Below, piece after piece: positions 11,948 to 25,519 of a stretch of DNA of 64,000 nucleotides. The position numbers and the translations under genes are program-made. The DNA lies in NCBI RefSeq assembly GCF_009914755.1, contig NC_060935.1. One strand, written 5' to 3'. This stretch comes from the human T2T-CHM13v2.0 reference genome, Homo sapiens. The notes under the pieces are model-generated. The model was not told the origin of the DNA. It made no database searches and worked only from the letters and a program-made list of their open reading frames with translations. The stretch's first letter is position 1; every line of letters starts with the position of its first letter.

Positions 11948-14621
11948 TAAGCACACTAGGAGATATTTTGAGTTTGATTCTAGACTACTGTATTAAAGTT
12001 AATGTCACAATGAAGTGAATACTACAATGAGGCAGGTCACAAAAATTTGTTGGTTTTCCAGTGTATATAAAAGTTATATTTACACTACACTGTAATCTAT
12101 TAAGTGTACAACAGCATTATGTCTAAAAAACGTGCAGTTGACTCTTGAACAACAAAGGTTTTAACTGTGAGTCCATTTATGTGTGGATCTTTTTCAACCA
12201 AATGTGGATCAAGAATACAATATTCATTGGATGCAAAAACCCATGTATGTGGAGGCTAACTTTTTATACATGCAGGTTAAGCAGGGCTGACTGTGGGACT
12301 TTATGCACGGATTTATGTATATATGTGGGAGTCCTAGTACCAATCCCCTGTGTATACCTAGAGATGCCTATAGATACCTTAATTTAAAAAAATTGCCAAA
12401 AATGTCAGTGATAATCTGAGCCTTCAGCAAGTTGTAATCTTTTTGCTGGTGGAGGGTCTTGCCATGATATTGATGGCTGCTGGTTGATCAGGGTAGTCAT
12501 TGCTGAGGTTGGGGTGATGTGGCTGTTTCTTAAAATAAGACAACAATGAAGTTTTTTAACTCTTCCTTTCATGAAAGATTTCTCTGCAGCATGTGATGTT
12601 GTTTGATAGCATTTAACATGCAGTAGAACTTCTTTCAAAATTGGAGTCTATCCTCTCAATCACAGCCACTGCTTTATCAACTGTGTTTATAAAATATTCT
12701 AAATCCTTTGTTATCATTTTGAAATGTTCACAATATCTTCATCAGGAGTAGACTCCATCTCAACAAGCCACTTCCTTTGCTCATCCATGAGAAGCAAATC
12801 CTCATCTGCTCAGATTTGATCATGTGATTTTGGTGATTCAGTCACATCAAGATTCACTTCTAATTCTAGTAACCTTGCTATTTTCACATCTGCAGTTACT
12901 TCCTCCACTAAAGCCTTGAACCAAGTCATGTTATCTATGAGGGTGAAGATTAGCTTCTTCCAAACTGCTAACATTGATATTTTGACCTCCTCCCATAAAT
13001 CATGAATGTTCTTAATGGTATACAGAATGGTGAATCCTTTCCATAAGGTTTTCAAGTTACTTTGTGCAGATCCATCAGAGGAATCATGATCTATGGTAGC
13101 TATAGCCTTATGAAATATATTTCTTAAATAATAATACTTGACAGTCAAAATTACTCCTCGATTTGTGGGCTGCAGAATGGATGTTGTGTTAGCAGACATG
13201 AAAACAACATTTATCTCCTTATACATGTCCATCAGAGCTCTCTGGTGAGCAGGCACATTGTTAAAGAACAGTAATACTTTGAAAGGCATCTTTTTCCCTG
13301 AGCAGTAGGTCTCAACAATGGGCTTTACATAGTCAGTAAACCATGCTGTAAACAAATGTACTGTCATTCAGTCTTTGTTTTTCCATTTATAGAAAACAGG
13401 TAGAGTAGATGTAGTGTAACTCTTAAGGACCCTATGATTTTCAGAATGGTAAATGAGCATTGACTTCAATCGAGAGTCACCAGCTGCATTAGCTCCTACC
13501 CACACAGTCAGCCTGACCTTTGAAGCTTTGAAGCCAGCCATTGATTTCTCCCCTCCAGTTATAAAGTCCTAGTTGGCATATTTTCCCAATAGAAGACTAT
13601 CTTGTCTTCATTGAAAAATCTGCTTTTTAGTGTAGGTGCCTTCATCAGTGATCACAGCTAGATCTTCTGAATAACTTGCTGCAGCTTCTACATCAGCACT
13701 TGCTTCACCTTGCATGTTTGTGTTATGAAGATAACTTCTTTCCTTGGCGAGGACTTCTTTCCTTAAACCCCATGAACCAACTTCTGCTAGCTTCAAAATT
13801 TTCTTCTGCAATTTCCTTACTTCTCCCAGCCTTCACAGGACTGAAGAGAATTAAGGTTTTGCTCTGAATTAGGCCTTGGTTTGGGAGAATATTGTGGCTG
13901 TTTTGATCTTTTAACAAGATTACTAAAACTTTCTCCATATCTGCAATAAGGCTGTTTTTCTTTCTTATCATTCATGTCTACAATGGAATAGCACTTTTAT
14001 TTCCTTCAAGAACTTTTCCTTTGCATACACAACTTGGCAAAATCTTTACTATTTGGTGCAAGAAGTCTAGCTTTCAGACTGTCTTGGCATTCAACATGCC
14101 TTCTTTATGATGTTTAATTATTTCTAGATTTTGATTTAAAGGGAGAGATGTAACACTCCTTCTTTCACTTGAACACTTAGAGGCCATTGTAGGGTTATTA
14201 ATTGGCTTAATTTGAATATTGTTGTGTCTCAGGGAATTGGAAGGCTGAAGAATGGGGACATGGGGAAACAGCCCGTCAAACAGCCAGTTGATGAAAGAGT
14301 CAGAACACAAACCACACTGATCAATTAAGTTTGCTGTTTCGCATGGGCATGATTTGTGGTTCCCCAAAAACAATTACCATAGTAACACCAAAGACCACTT
14401 ATCATAAATCATCATAACAAATATAATAACAATAGTGTTTGAAATATTGTGAGAATTACCAATATATGACTCAGAGATACTACTTGAGCACATGTTGTTG
14501 GAAAAATGGTGTTGATTGATTTGGCTCAATGGAGAATTGCCATGAACATTCAATTGGTTTTAAAAAATGCAATATCTGTGAAGCACAATAAAGTGAGATG
14601 CAATAAAATGAGTTGTTCCTA
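11948..14621 (-). mobile_element. Full-length Tigger1 (TcMar-Tigger) DNA transposon with decayed transposase
   Basis: Both termini recognisable; about 2.44 kb after removing the nested MER8. Minus-strand ORF fragments ([37 protein letters not shown]; [17 protein letters not shown]) are pogo/CENP-B-type HTH and DDE_1 remnants broken by frameshifts. Confidence 0.93.
12135..12370 (-). mobile_element. MER8 (Tigger-family MITE) nested in Tigger1
   Basis: CAGTTGACTCTTGAACAAC...TTCAACCAAATGTGGATC...CAATCCCCTGTGTATACC, about 236 bp. Tigger1 is continuous on either side. Confidence 0.85.
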
Positions 14622-14764
14622 TATTGAAATGATTGCAGGAATGTATTCCTCAGTGAAAAGGCAAGTTGCAGAAGACTACATGCAGCATGCTAGCACACAA
14701 AATTAGATGCATTGTTTGGAGGTTTACACATCTGTGCTTCAAAGATGGCACAGAAATTTTCATT

Positions 14765-15075
14765 TTTCATTATTATTATTTTTGAGACAGGGTCTGGCTC
14801 TGTGTCACCCAGACTTGAGCGCAGTGGCACTGTCATGGTTCACTGCAACTTCCACCTCCCAGTCTCAAGCTATCTTCCCACCTTAGCCTCCCGAGTAGCT
14901 GGGAATACAGGCATGCACTACCACACCAAGCCAATTTTTTTGTTTTTATTTTTTGTAGAGATGGAGTTTTGACATGTTGTCCATGTTTCCCAGGCTGGTC
15001 TCAAACTCCTGGGCTCAAGTGATCCATGTACCGCAGCCTCCCAGAGTGTTGGGATGACGAGCGTGAGCCACCACA
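14765..15075 (-). mobile_element. AluJ
   Basis: GAGACAGGGTCT...TCAAACTCCTGGGCTCAAGTGATCC; diverged, with J-type diagnostics. Confidence 0.88.
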
Positions 15076-15644
15076 GTAGCACAGTGTGGTAATTTTCAGT
15101 ACAGCATAGTGAACATCTCTGGGATTTGATTCAAGTGGAGGAGCAAAACAGAGGTTTAAAGGTTATAGGTAGTATTGTAGTTTATGAGCCCACAGCCTAA
15201 CACAACCATGTTTAATTTGCGGGCTCATGAATATTAATTTTATTATTACAATTTAGAACTTATCTAATTAGTATATATGTGGTTATGAGGTATCAAATTT
15301 TATGTATTAAAATAAAGTGAAAATATTTACAGAAATTCATGAAACTAATGGGACATATGCTCATCTGAAATACACAGGAAATATCCAGTGTCAATGAGAA
15401 TATTAAGTGTCAGAAAAATAAATTATTGGTTTTTTTAAGAATTTGATTTTTTAAAATTCTAATATTTTCTTTCTCTACCCAAATGATTGTTTTGTATCCC
15501 CTCACTTTGGGTTCACCAGTTTCATAAGTGAGTAGGCCTAGCTGACCATCTAGCATCCAAGTCTCGGGACTGGTATCTTTTATTAGAGGATCATTTGTAT
15601 TTTTAAAAATATCAATAGCCTGCTATATAGAAAGGAGTTGGTTA

Positions 15645-15960
15645 ATGCATTTCTTCACTCAACAACTATTTATCAAATGTGTTGTGATTCAATCAGACAT
15701 AATCCCTGACCTCAAGAAGCTTTCAGCCTAGTGGGGAAGGCAAGTGTGTAAGTATATACTAATATAATCCAGGTTGCTAAGCACTGTTTTGGAGATAGCC
15801 CCAGAATAGAATAAGTCTACTTATATCTTCACAATACTCTGGGAGGTCAAGAGTGTACTAGTATTACCTCCATGTATAGATGAGAAAACTGAACGATCAA
15901 GGTCATCACATAAAGCCACAAAACTGTCAGATACCTGTGCTAACCTGAGAGCTCTGTTGT
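15645..15960 (-). mobile_element. L2 3' fragment followed by a MIR fragment
   Basis: CCCTGACCTCAAGAAGCTTTCAGCCTAGTGGGG (L2) and ATAGATGAGAAAACTGA (MIR core). Confidence 0.55.
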
Positions 15961-17279
15961 CTTGGTTTCTGGTCCAGCATGTCTTCCGCTGGGTTATGCT
16001 CACTACGTGAATTACTGAAATTGGGGAGTCGAGAGAATGTTCCACCCTTTCAAATGCTATATATTCTTTCCTTTTTATTTTTTTCATGTTTAAAAAATTC
16101 TTTATTAAGCAAAAAAAAATTACATTGATAATAGGTGATGGATATATAATAATAAATAGGGAAAGAAAAGTCTGCTACTGTGTCTATGTATGAAATTTCC
16201 ATAAGAAAGATTGTTAAAATATCATCTTAAGCATAGCTTCAGAATCTTTTCACAATTCAGCCACACTATCATTAAGAGTTTAGATATCATATTATATATT
16301 AAGATATTATTAGATATTTTTCTTGCGCCAACAGAAAGAAAAACAATGTTAGGCCATTTTATATCTAATTTTCAAGATGGTACAATGGGCCCTATCCACA
16401 TTTTCCTCCACTGTCTTGTACACTCATCAGGGCAATATAATCAAATTTTCAGAAGCACTCAAGATAGGCAGAGTTTATAAAAAGAACTGTTAATCATCCT
16501 AAATAAATTGTAATCATTAATTAGCAAAGAATGATTATAGTAATGAAATTATCATAAAATTTAAAGAGCATGAAAGGCATTTCAAAAACATATTTTATAA
16601 ATTAATTTGAAGCATTAAAGTATACTGATGATTTCCTATTAAGTTCTAAAGCTCTCTCAATTTGAATATAATCCTTTCTTATGAGCTACTGCTTTGCAGT
16701 CTGTATAAGAAAGATTTTCAGGAGAGAATATTTCACTGGAAGTGTTTTAGAATTGAAATTTCCAAACCATCAATCTCTTCTTCATTTTCTCCCATCATTT
16801 GTCTACATTCGTAAATCATGTTAAATGTTAAGCTTAGGTTATTATGATCTAATGTGAAATAAATCACCACTGAAATTATTTTCCCCCAAAATTCACAAGT
16901 TTTTAGTGAAACAAAGGCTATCTGATAAGGAAAAAGCCAAAACAATTTGTATTAAGTTGATTAGGATTTAAATAAAATATTAGGCTGCTTTGTTTCTTCC
17001 CATACACTTGTCAGGAAGGAAGTTAGCAGCTTAACTAAGGTGTCATTGAGGTAAATGAAGTAGTTGGAAAATTGGGACTCTCCCTTGGTTGTTTGTTAGT
17101 GGTTAGCCTGTTGTAGCTAGTTTTTTTCTCTTTGGTTGTTACTTATTCTTTCCCAGCCAAAGTATTAAATATGTGAGTTTCACCAAATTTACTATATTCA
17201 AAATTTTATTCTGAGACCAAATACATGAAGAAAACTCTCGGTGATCACAGTGTCAGATAGAGATAGATAGATAAATATA

Positions 17280-19262
17280 TTTTTAGACATGGGTTTTTGC
17301 TCTGGTACTCAGACCAGAGTGCAGTGGTGTGAACAGGGCTCGCTGACGCCTTGACCTCTTGGGCCCAAGTGACCCTCCACCTCAGCCCCTCAAGTAGCTG
17401 AGAGCACAGGCATGCACCACCACACCCAGCTAATGTTTTTAATTATTATTTTTTGTAGAGACACCGTATCGTCGTGTTGTCCAGGCTGGTCTCAAACTCC
17501 TGAACTCAAACAATCCTCCTTCCTCAGCCTTCCAAAGTACTGGTGTGTCCGGAATTGGTGGGTTCTTGATCTCACTGACTTCAAGAATGAAGCCGCGGAC
17601 CCTCGCGGTGAGTGTTACAGTTCTTAAAGGCGGCATGTCCGTAGTTTGTTCCTTCTGATGTTCGGATGTGTTCGGAGTTTCTTCCTTCTGGTGGGTTCGT
17701 GGTCTCACTGGCTCGGGAGTGAAGCTGCAGACCTCTGCGGTGAGTGTTACAGCTCTTAAGGCGGCATGTCTGGAGTTGTTCGTTCCTCCCGGTGGGTTCG
17801 TGGTCTTGCTGGCTTTAGGAGTGAAGCTGCAGACCTTCGAGGTGAGTGTTACAGCTCATAAAGGCAGTGTGGACCCAAAGAGTGAGCAGCAGCACGATTT
17901 ATTGCAAAGAGTGAAAGAACAAAGCTTCCACAGTGTGGAAGGGGACCCAAGTGGGTTGCCACTGCTGGCTCAGGCAGCCTGCTTTTATTCTCTTATCTGG
18001 CCCCATCCACATCCTGCTGATTGGTACAGCCGAGTGGTCTGTTTTGACAGGGCGCTGATTGGTGCGTTTACAATCCCTGAGCTAGACACAAAGGTTCTCC
18101 ACATCTCCACCAGATTAGCTAGATACAGAGTGTCCACACAAAGGTTCTCCAAGTCCCCACCAGAGTAGCTAGATACAGAGTGTCAATTGGTGTATTCACA
18201 AACCCTGAGCTAGACACAGGGTGCTGATTGGTGTGTTTACAAACCTTGAGCTAGATAAAGAGTGCCGATTGGTGTATTTATAATCCCTGAGCTAGACACA
18301 AAGGTTCTCCACGTCCCCACCAGATTAGCTAGATACAGTGTCGACATGAAGGTTCTCCAAGTCCCCACCAGAGTAGCTAGATACAGAGTGTCGTCACGAA
18401 GGTTCTCCAAGTCCCCACCAGAGTAGCTAGATACACAGTGTCGATTGGTGCATTCACAAACCCTGAGCTAGACACAGGGTGCTGATTGGTGTGTTTACAA
18501 ACCATGAGCTAGATACAGAGTGCCGATTGGTGTATTTACAATCCCTGAGCTAGAAATAAAGGGTTCTCCATGTCCCCACCAGACTCAGGAGCCCAGCTGG
18601 CTTCAGCCAGTGGATCTCGCACTGGGGCTGCAGGTGGAGCTGCCTGCCAGTCCCACGCCATGCACCCACACTCCTCAGCCCTTGAGTGGTCAATGGGACT
18701 GGGTGCCATGGAGCAGGGGGCCTCCACGTTGGGGAGGCACGGGTTGCACAGGAGCCCATGGAGGTGGGGGTAGGCTCAGGCATGGTGGGCTGCAGGTCCT
18801 GAGCCTTGCCCAATGGGAAGGCAGCTAAGGCCCGGGGAGAAGTGGAGCGCAGCACTGGTGGGCCAGCACTGCTGGGGGACCCAGCACACCCTCCGCAGCT
18901 GCTGGCCCGAGTGCTAAGCTCCTCGTTGCCTGAGGCCGACAGGGCCAGCCGGCCGCTCTGAGTGCGGGGCCTGCCGAGCCCACACCCACCTGGGACTCGC
19001 CCTGGCCCGCAAGCACTGCACGCAGCCCCGGTTCCCGCTTGGGCTTCTCCCTCCACACCTCCCTGCAAGCTGACGGAGCCAGCTCCGGCCTCAGCCAGCC
19101 CAGGAAGGGGCTCCCACAGTGCAGCAGTGGGCTGAAGGGCTCCTCAAGCGAGGCCAGAGTGGGTGCCAAGGCCAAGGAGGCGCCGAAAGCGAGTCAGGGC
19201 TGTGAGGGCTGCCAGCATGCTGTCACCTCTCACTGGGGTTATAGCTGTGAGCCATGTGTCGG
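17280..19262 (-). mobile_element. AluJ split by LTR12C (Alu parts 17280-17543 and 19233-19262)
   Basis: The Alu motif CCAAAGTACTGG|GGTTATAGCTGTGAGCCA is interrupted at CTGG, which is duplicated. Confidence 0.88.
17544..19232 (-). mobile_element. LTR12C (HERV9) solo LTR, 1689 bp
   Basis: TGTGTCCGGAATTGGTGGGTTCTTG...GTCACCTCTCA, with tandem CCAAT-containing subrepeats at about 18050-18560 and a GC-rich U3. TSD CTGG at 17540-17543 and 19233-19236. Confidence 0.95.
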
Positions 19263-20102
19263 GTCAGAAACCATTTTTTTTTTAAGCTGCTTTGTATTTA
19301 AGGTTGGGGAAGTCAATCCTCAGATAAGAAGCAACTAGTTGTAACATCCTATCAGTATTTGAGTGAAGAACTGGGATTAGAACCCAGGATATTCTTAAAT
19401 AAGGACATTTTCTCCTTTATTTTATTCCCTTCACTGGCCCACTTTTTATTCACCATCGAGCAAATTTTCTTTAAAAGCCTGTGTTTGTAAAAGGAACAGG
19501 GTCTGCAAATATTTAATTTTTATTCTTCTCTCAAATCCTCCACACCTTTATTTTGATGTCATAAATATCCATTCCTTAACAGGTCTCTTGATAAGAAAAA
19601 TGGGGAAATATTTGCTCAGCTAGACTGATCATCACCTATCATTAGGAAATTCACATGCATTGACACACTACACAGTAAACTTTCCTTTTTCTTTCTTCTA
19701 CACCTCACCTCATCACACAGAAACATACACAATGATTCACCATAACCAAAACCTTGTATGTCAACAACCAACCTATTCAAGCAACTAATGTCCTCCACCA
19801 CAGTCTAAATATGCAAACTCTCTAAAGTTCCTTCAGGAAATAAGATGTATAAAGCAGAGACAACACAAAATATATATATAATCAGAATCCGATTATAAAA
19901 CTGTACACATATGTTTATGTTAGATGTTTAAAGATCCACTGTGTGAAAGAACAACCTGGTTTAGGGGAGCAGAAACAGAGATGTCTTCTTCTGGGCCCCT
20001 TATTTAACCCGTGTATCTTTAATTTCCATCCCAAGATCCTAAAATCTCACAATAGTCTCACATTCTTTTAAAGTCCAACCACTGATTTTCTATGCTCATC
20101 TC

Positions 20103-20469
20103 TGCAGTGGACTAAATGTTTATTTCCTCCCAGAAATTATATATTGAAATCCTAACTGCCATGGTAATGATATTAGGAGGTGGAGTTTTGGGGAGGTGAT
20201 TAAGTCATTAAGGCAGGGTCCTCATGAATGACTTTAGTGTTGTTATAAAAGAGGTCCAAGAAAGCACCTTCACCCCTTCCACCACTGGAGGACATAGACA
20301 GAGAGCATCATCTATGAACTAGAAAGTGGGCCTTCACCAGGCCCTAAATCTGCCAGCACCTTGATCTGGAACTCCTTAGCTTCTGAAATTGTGAGAAATA
20401 AATTTCTGTTGTTTATAAACTACCCAGTTTATGCTACTTTTTTTTATGGCATCCCAGACAGACTAGGCA
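20103..20469 (+). mobile_element. MLT1A0 (ERVL-MaLR) solo LTR
   Basis: GGACTAAATGTT...GAAATCCTAAC...GTGAGAAATAAATTTCTGTTGTTTATAA...GACTAGGCA. 5-bp TSD ATCTC/ATCTG. Confidence 0.88.
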
Positions 20470-23240
20470 ATCTGATCAAACCTCTCTTGAGTAGCTTCTA
20501 TTGTATACAAGCCTTATACTCTGTCAGGGATGTGGGGAACCTACCTAATATGGAAGGTTCTAAACTATAGACAATTATGCATCAAAGCTCACCACAAACT
20601 TTGGCATTCATGGCATAGTTTAAAGAAGTCATAATAAAAAATTTAGAAATAATATTTTACAGGGCATTTTATTTTTAAATCAAATCTACTCATCTCTTGA
20701 CTTTATATTTTATTATTGGCTTAATTTTCAGGAAAGCTAAATAGTAGTCTTTGGTCCAGCAATCATTTTTTGTTATAATTTTATTCTGATTCTTTCCATT
20801 TCAAAGCTAATAATACATATTTCATAATGCACTACCCTTTTAAAATATTAGCATGCAGAAAAGGTACTTTACTATTTTAATTAATGTACCTGTCATATTC
20901 TGAATATTCTGATACACTTGCAAGGGGTGTGAAATATTAGGAACATAAATAAAAATATTCATTGTTGCATTTCATTAGTGCTCAGACAATGAATAGAAAA
21001 GGAAATTTCCATAAATTGATGTGTTAAAATTTAGGGTGATTTTTTAACTGAAGCCTGTAATTTTCTATCTTCAATATTCCTTTGATAAAATTATTTATTT
21101 ATTTATTGATAATGACCAAATTGAAAAGTTGAGAACTACAGGAACTAGTAAGAAAGAATTGTGTGTGTGTGTGTGTGTGTGTGTGTGCATATATGTGAGT
21201 GTGTGTGTGTCTGTGTGTGCTTATATATCTGTGTGTATTTGGGATGACCTCTATCATATGAGAGGTTTTCTGTATGAAGTTATAGTAGAGATTATGGCAT
21301 GGCTGGTACTCCAACCACTAGAGGCTCCCTGTGGAGCTGCTCCTTCTACCTGGAGCTGGGAAAATGAAAAGAAGTCCAGACTGGAGTCCTTGCTGCCTTA
21401 TACTGCTGGGGAGATGCAGACTCCACCTCAAAGCAGGAAAGGCACTTTATTTTCCCTTCATCCACCTATGGTAGACACTAAGGGGAAACCAGCTGGCAAA
21501 GAAGCCTGGAGTCTCAATGCCAGAACTGCAAGACAGAGTATAGAAGGGTGATTTCAGATATGTGACATATCAGGGAAGTGGCTGGCTCAGATATTCAAGA
21601 TACAAGAAGAGACATGTAGAGGGATGGGTACTTCTCCACCGTTTGAGATTATTGAACTTGGAAACAACTTAAATGTTAAACAGGATGATGAAAAATAAAG
21701 AAAAACATGAGTAAATTTTAACATCATGTATTAAGTGGGTAAACATAAAAATATAAAGTTGAAAAAATGCTTATTGCTAAAGAATACATGCAATGCAGTT
21801 CACTTACATGATGTCACAAAAGAAAAATAACACCCTAGAGATGTTTATGGACAGGTCAATAACAAAGAATGGTGGTTGATTCTGGAAAATGTCAGAGTGA
21901 ACACAATTTAGAAGAAATCCAGAAATGATTCTCCTGGGTTTTTAATGTGTTTGATTCTTTAAAAAAAGAAATTATGATGTATTGTATATTGTTGAATGGT
22001 AAGTTTATTATATTTTTCTTTATTACTTTGTGAATATTTGAGTTATTCCATGGTTTCTGAAAGACAAAAAGAACAAAATAGTCAAGCGTAGCTCAGTCTC
22101 ACTGCTTTCCAGTGGTTATATTTTGGTCAGTCACTTGTCATTTCTAATGCTAAGTTCTCTTATTATAAATCTCCTACAGTGTCCTTGAAAGACAAGAGAT
22201 AATGAGTGTAAACTGCCTGTCACTTGAAGGCCCTCAATAATCGTGACTCTTTCATTATAGTTAATAATATTTGCCCCATTTATAATACCCATTTGTTAAG
22301 TGAAAATGAGTAACATCAAGCAACTGAAAAATATATTTTTTCCACATTTTTCATACAAGACTTCTAATTCTTTCACTAATGAGTCAAAATTTGGTTATTT
22401 CAGTTTTATGGATTCGAAAATTGCGGCTCAGATAAATGAAACAACTTGTCAGGTTAATCTATTCTTGTCAGTACAAATATGGAAAACTTGATTATTTTGC
22501 CGGTAATACCATAGCTCTCATAAACTCAGAAGGCTAAGGAAAACTTATATTACATTAGCAGAAAAAAATCCAATTAAGGAGGCTGGAGCATACATCCCTC
22601 TTTGCCATGGACAGACTTATTTTATGCCTGTTGTTCTAGTGTTAGTAGTAGTGCCCTGTTTCACTCTTAAAAATATTACCATTTGAATGATAAATTACAT
22701 GTTAATCCTACAGATTTAGTAGAGCAATAGAGGAGCTTTAGTTCATGCTGGGTGACATACTTACTGTATTTTGTCCTATTCTGATAGCATTATTTTAAGA
22801 AGGATCCTAGCAAAATAGAATCAATCTAAACAAAATTAAAGATCCAAAATCTTAGAAAAACTTTTTGAAAGATTCAGGCATCCTTGCAAGAGAGCACATT
22901 TTGGGGAATTGTGAAGCTATTTTTTGGGAAATTTTTAACAAAATATCAGACAGGAAATTTAGACTTATTCTGTGTATCTTCCTAGAGCAAAATGAAGATC
23001 ACAGATGGTTGCTTAGAAGACAAAAATTTTTCTCACTGTAAAGAACTTAGACTAGTGAGAATACACAGATAATCATTTCTTCTTTCTGATGAGTCTCTTA
23101 GCTTTTCCAGGTATACTATCAAGGTACCTGCAAGTAGAAGTACTTTTACTAGTTTTACTTCCTTTCCAGTACAGATGTTCTCGTTGTTTTCTCTTGATTG
23201 ATTGCATTGAATAAAATTTCTAATACAATATATAATAGAA

Positions 23241-23365
23241 GGTCACGGTACAATGTGTATGTAGTTCCAGTTACTCTGGAGGCTGAGGCAGGAGGATAGC
23301 TTGAGCCCAGTAGTTAGAGTCCAGCCTAGGCAGCATAGCAAGACTCCATCTCTTTTTTTAAAAAA
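23241..23365 (+). mobile_element. Alu monomer (FLAM/FAM-like)
   Basis: GGAGGCTGAGGCAGGAGGATAGCTTGAGCCCAG...CCAGCCTAGGCAGCATAGCAAGACTCCATCTC; a single arm only. Confidence 0.8.
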
Positions 23366-24507
23366 TCTAATAATAGAAGTGTTATCAGAGGTCCTTGTCT
23401 TGTTTCTGATTTTTGCAGAAATGTGATCAGTGTTTCACTATTATGTTATAACATTTATTACTTTTAAATCAAGAATGGATGTTGAATTTGTTGAATATGG
23501 TAGAAAAATCATAGTATATTCAACTTTAAAAAATATTTGAATGGATTTCTGAATATTTACAATCATAAAACTAGCCAGAAATGATCCTGGTGGATTATTT
23601 TGCAAAGTGATATCGTATGCTATTGGATTCTGTTTGCTCATATTATCTTTGGGATTTTTACATAGGCATTTATAACTTAGGTTGATCTTTAATTCTTTTC
23701 CTGTTTTATATTTAGAAATCTTTATTAGGTTTTACTATTGATGTTATAGTTAGTTACCAACAAAAGCCTTTTGAAAACTTTCTTATTTGGGTGAAAGAGT
23801 TTAAAGAGTACTTAGGATTATATGGTCATTGAAGAGTTCACAGAATTCCACTGTTGAAATGGGCCAGATGTTATAGAGGCATTTTTAGAATTTTCTCATT
23901 ATTAGAAATTTATCAGATTTAGCATTTTTAGATTTTTGGAATTTCTCATTATTTTCCTATAGAAACTGGGCTGTTTATTTTTTTCCACATATCTACACAT
24001 AGGTAAATTCCAGTAAACTATTAATTTTTAGAATATCATTTCATCATTTCTCAAATACATTTGAATAGATGCATGCAATATAGACTTTTAAATCTCCTGT
24101 TTCCATGATCATTTTATTTTTCTTTTTTATACTCAAACTTTTTTTATAGATTTTCATTTTTCTATAGTTGAACCTTTTTCATTTATTTTTGATTAGGTTA
24201 GCTATCTATTTGTTTATCTCAAGGATTCAAGGAAACAGTGCTGTAGTTTAATAATTATATGGTTTTCTGATTTCTAACTCATTTTCTACTTTTTATGTTT
24301 TTCTCTTTCTGCTTTCATTATGAATTTATAGTTTATTTTTATTTCTTCCTAAGTTATTTTGATGCCTTTAGAATTATGAACCTTTTTATATTACTGATTT
24401 AGTGTTTTAAATAAATCTTGATGTGTATTATCATTATCATTATTTTCTAGGAAGTCTTCAATTCTACAATGTCAGTGTTTTTTCCTTTGTTGACTCAAGT
24501 TAATTAA

Positions 24508-24870
<363 letters not shown>

Positions 24871-25244
24871 TAAGAGATAGGAGTTTTTTGTATCATTCTT
24901 TCGATATGATTTCTACAATTTTTAATTTATCTTTAATTTAATTTAACAAATGTCTAATTTTAAAAATATTAGTGTGGACTTGAAGAAAACTATGTTTTTT
25001 TCAATAACATGCAATGTTTCATATGTGTCCGTAATATTTATCCAACTGATTATATACATTAGGTCTTCTTAATCTTTTATTATTTTTGCCCAGGTGATAT
25101 ATCTTGGACTGAGAATTAAGAACTCCAATTATTAGTGCTATTCTGCAGATTGCCCTTTGGATATCTTGTAGTTTCCTGTAACAGTTCTTGTGTTTTTGTT
25201 CATAGCTATTGATAACTGTTAATATCTCAATTGTGCATTACGAC

Positions 25245-25343
25245 CTTTAGCATTACAAAATCTCTTATTTTTCTTGCTAAAAGTCTTTGGACTGGACTGT
25301 AACTTGTTAGATAACAAAACCTTAACACTGTCTTTTTCTTTAT

Positions 25344-25380
<37 letters not shown>

Positions 25381-25519
25381 TTTATAAATTAAATGGCTTT
25401 AGCATTACAAAAGCTCTTATTTTTCAGTCTTTGGCCTAGACTGTAATTTGTTACACAGCAAAATCTTAACACTGCCTTTTTTTCCCTAAAAAAAAAAACC
25501 CATATTTTATAAATTAAAT
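25245..25519. repeat. Diverged tandem duplication (~150 and ~123 bp) with (AC)n in copy 1
   Basis: CTTTAGCATTACAAAA..CTCTTATTTTTC..GTCTTTGG..CTGTAA..CTTAACACTG..ATTTTATAAATTAAAT occurs at 25245 and 25397. Confidence 0.9.

Noticed and set aside
12810-13367. 185-aa ORF as a TIGD-like host gene
   Set aside because: It is one fragment of a frameshifted Tigger1 transposase within a complete transposon; catalytic-region motifs are degenerate.
17668-19338. Several 100-170 aa ORFs
   Set aside because: All lie in the GC-rich LTR12C, where stop-poor frames are expected; they overlap on both strands.
21240-21560. Possible old LTR fragments here, at 54060-54460, 55600-56020 and 63540-63860
   Set aside because: They resemble MaLR/ERVL remnants but are too decayed to assign family or ends by eye.
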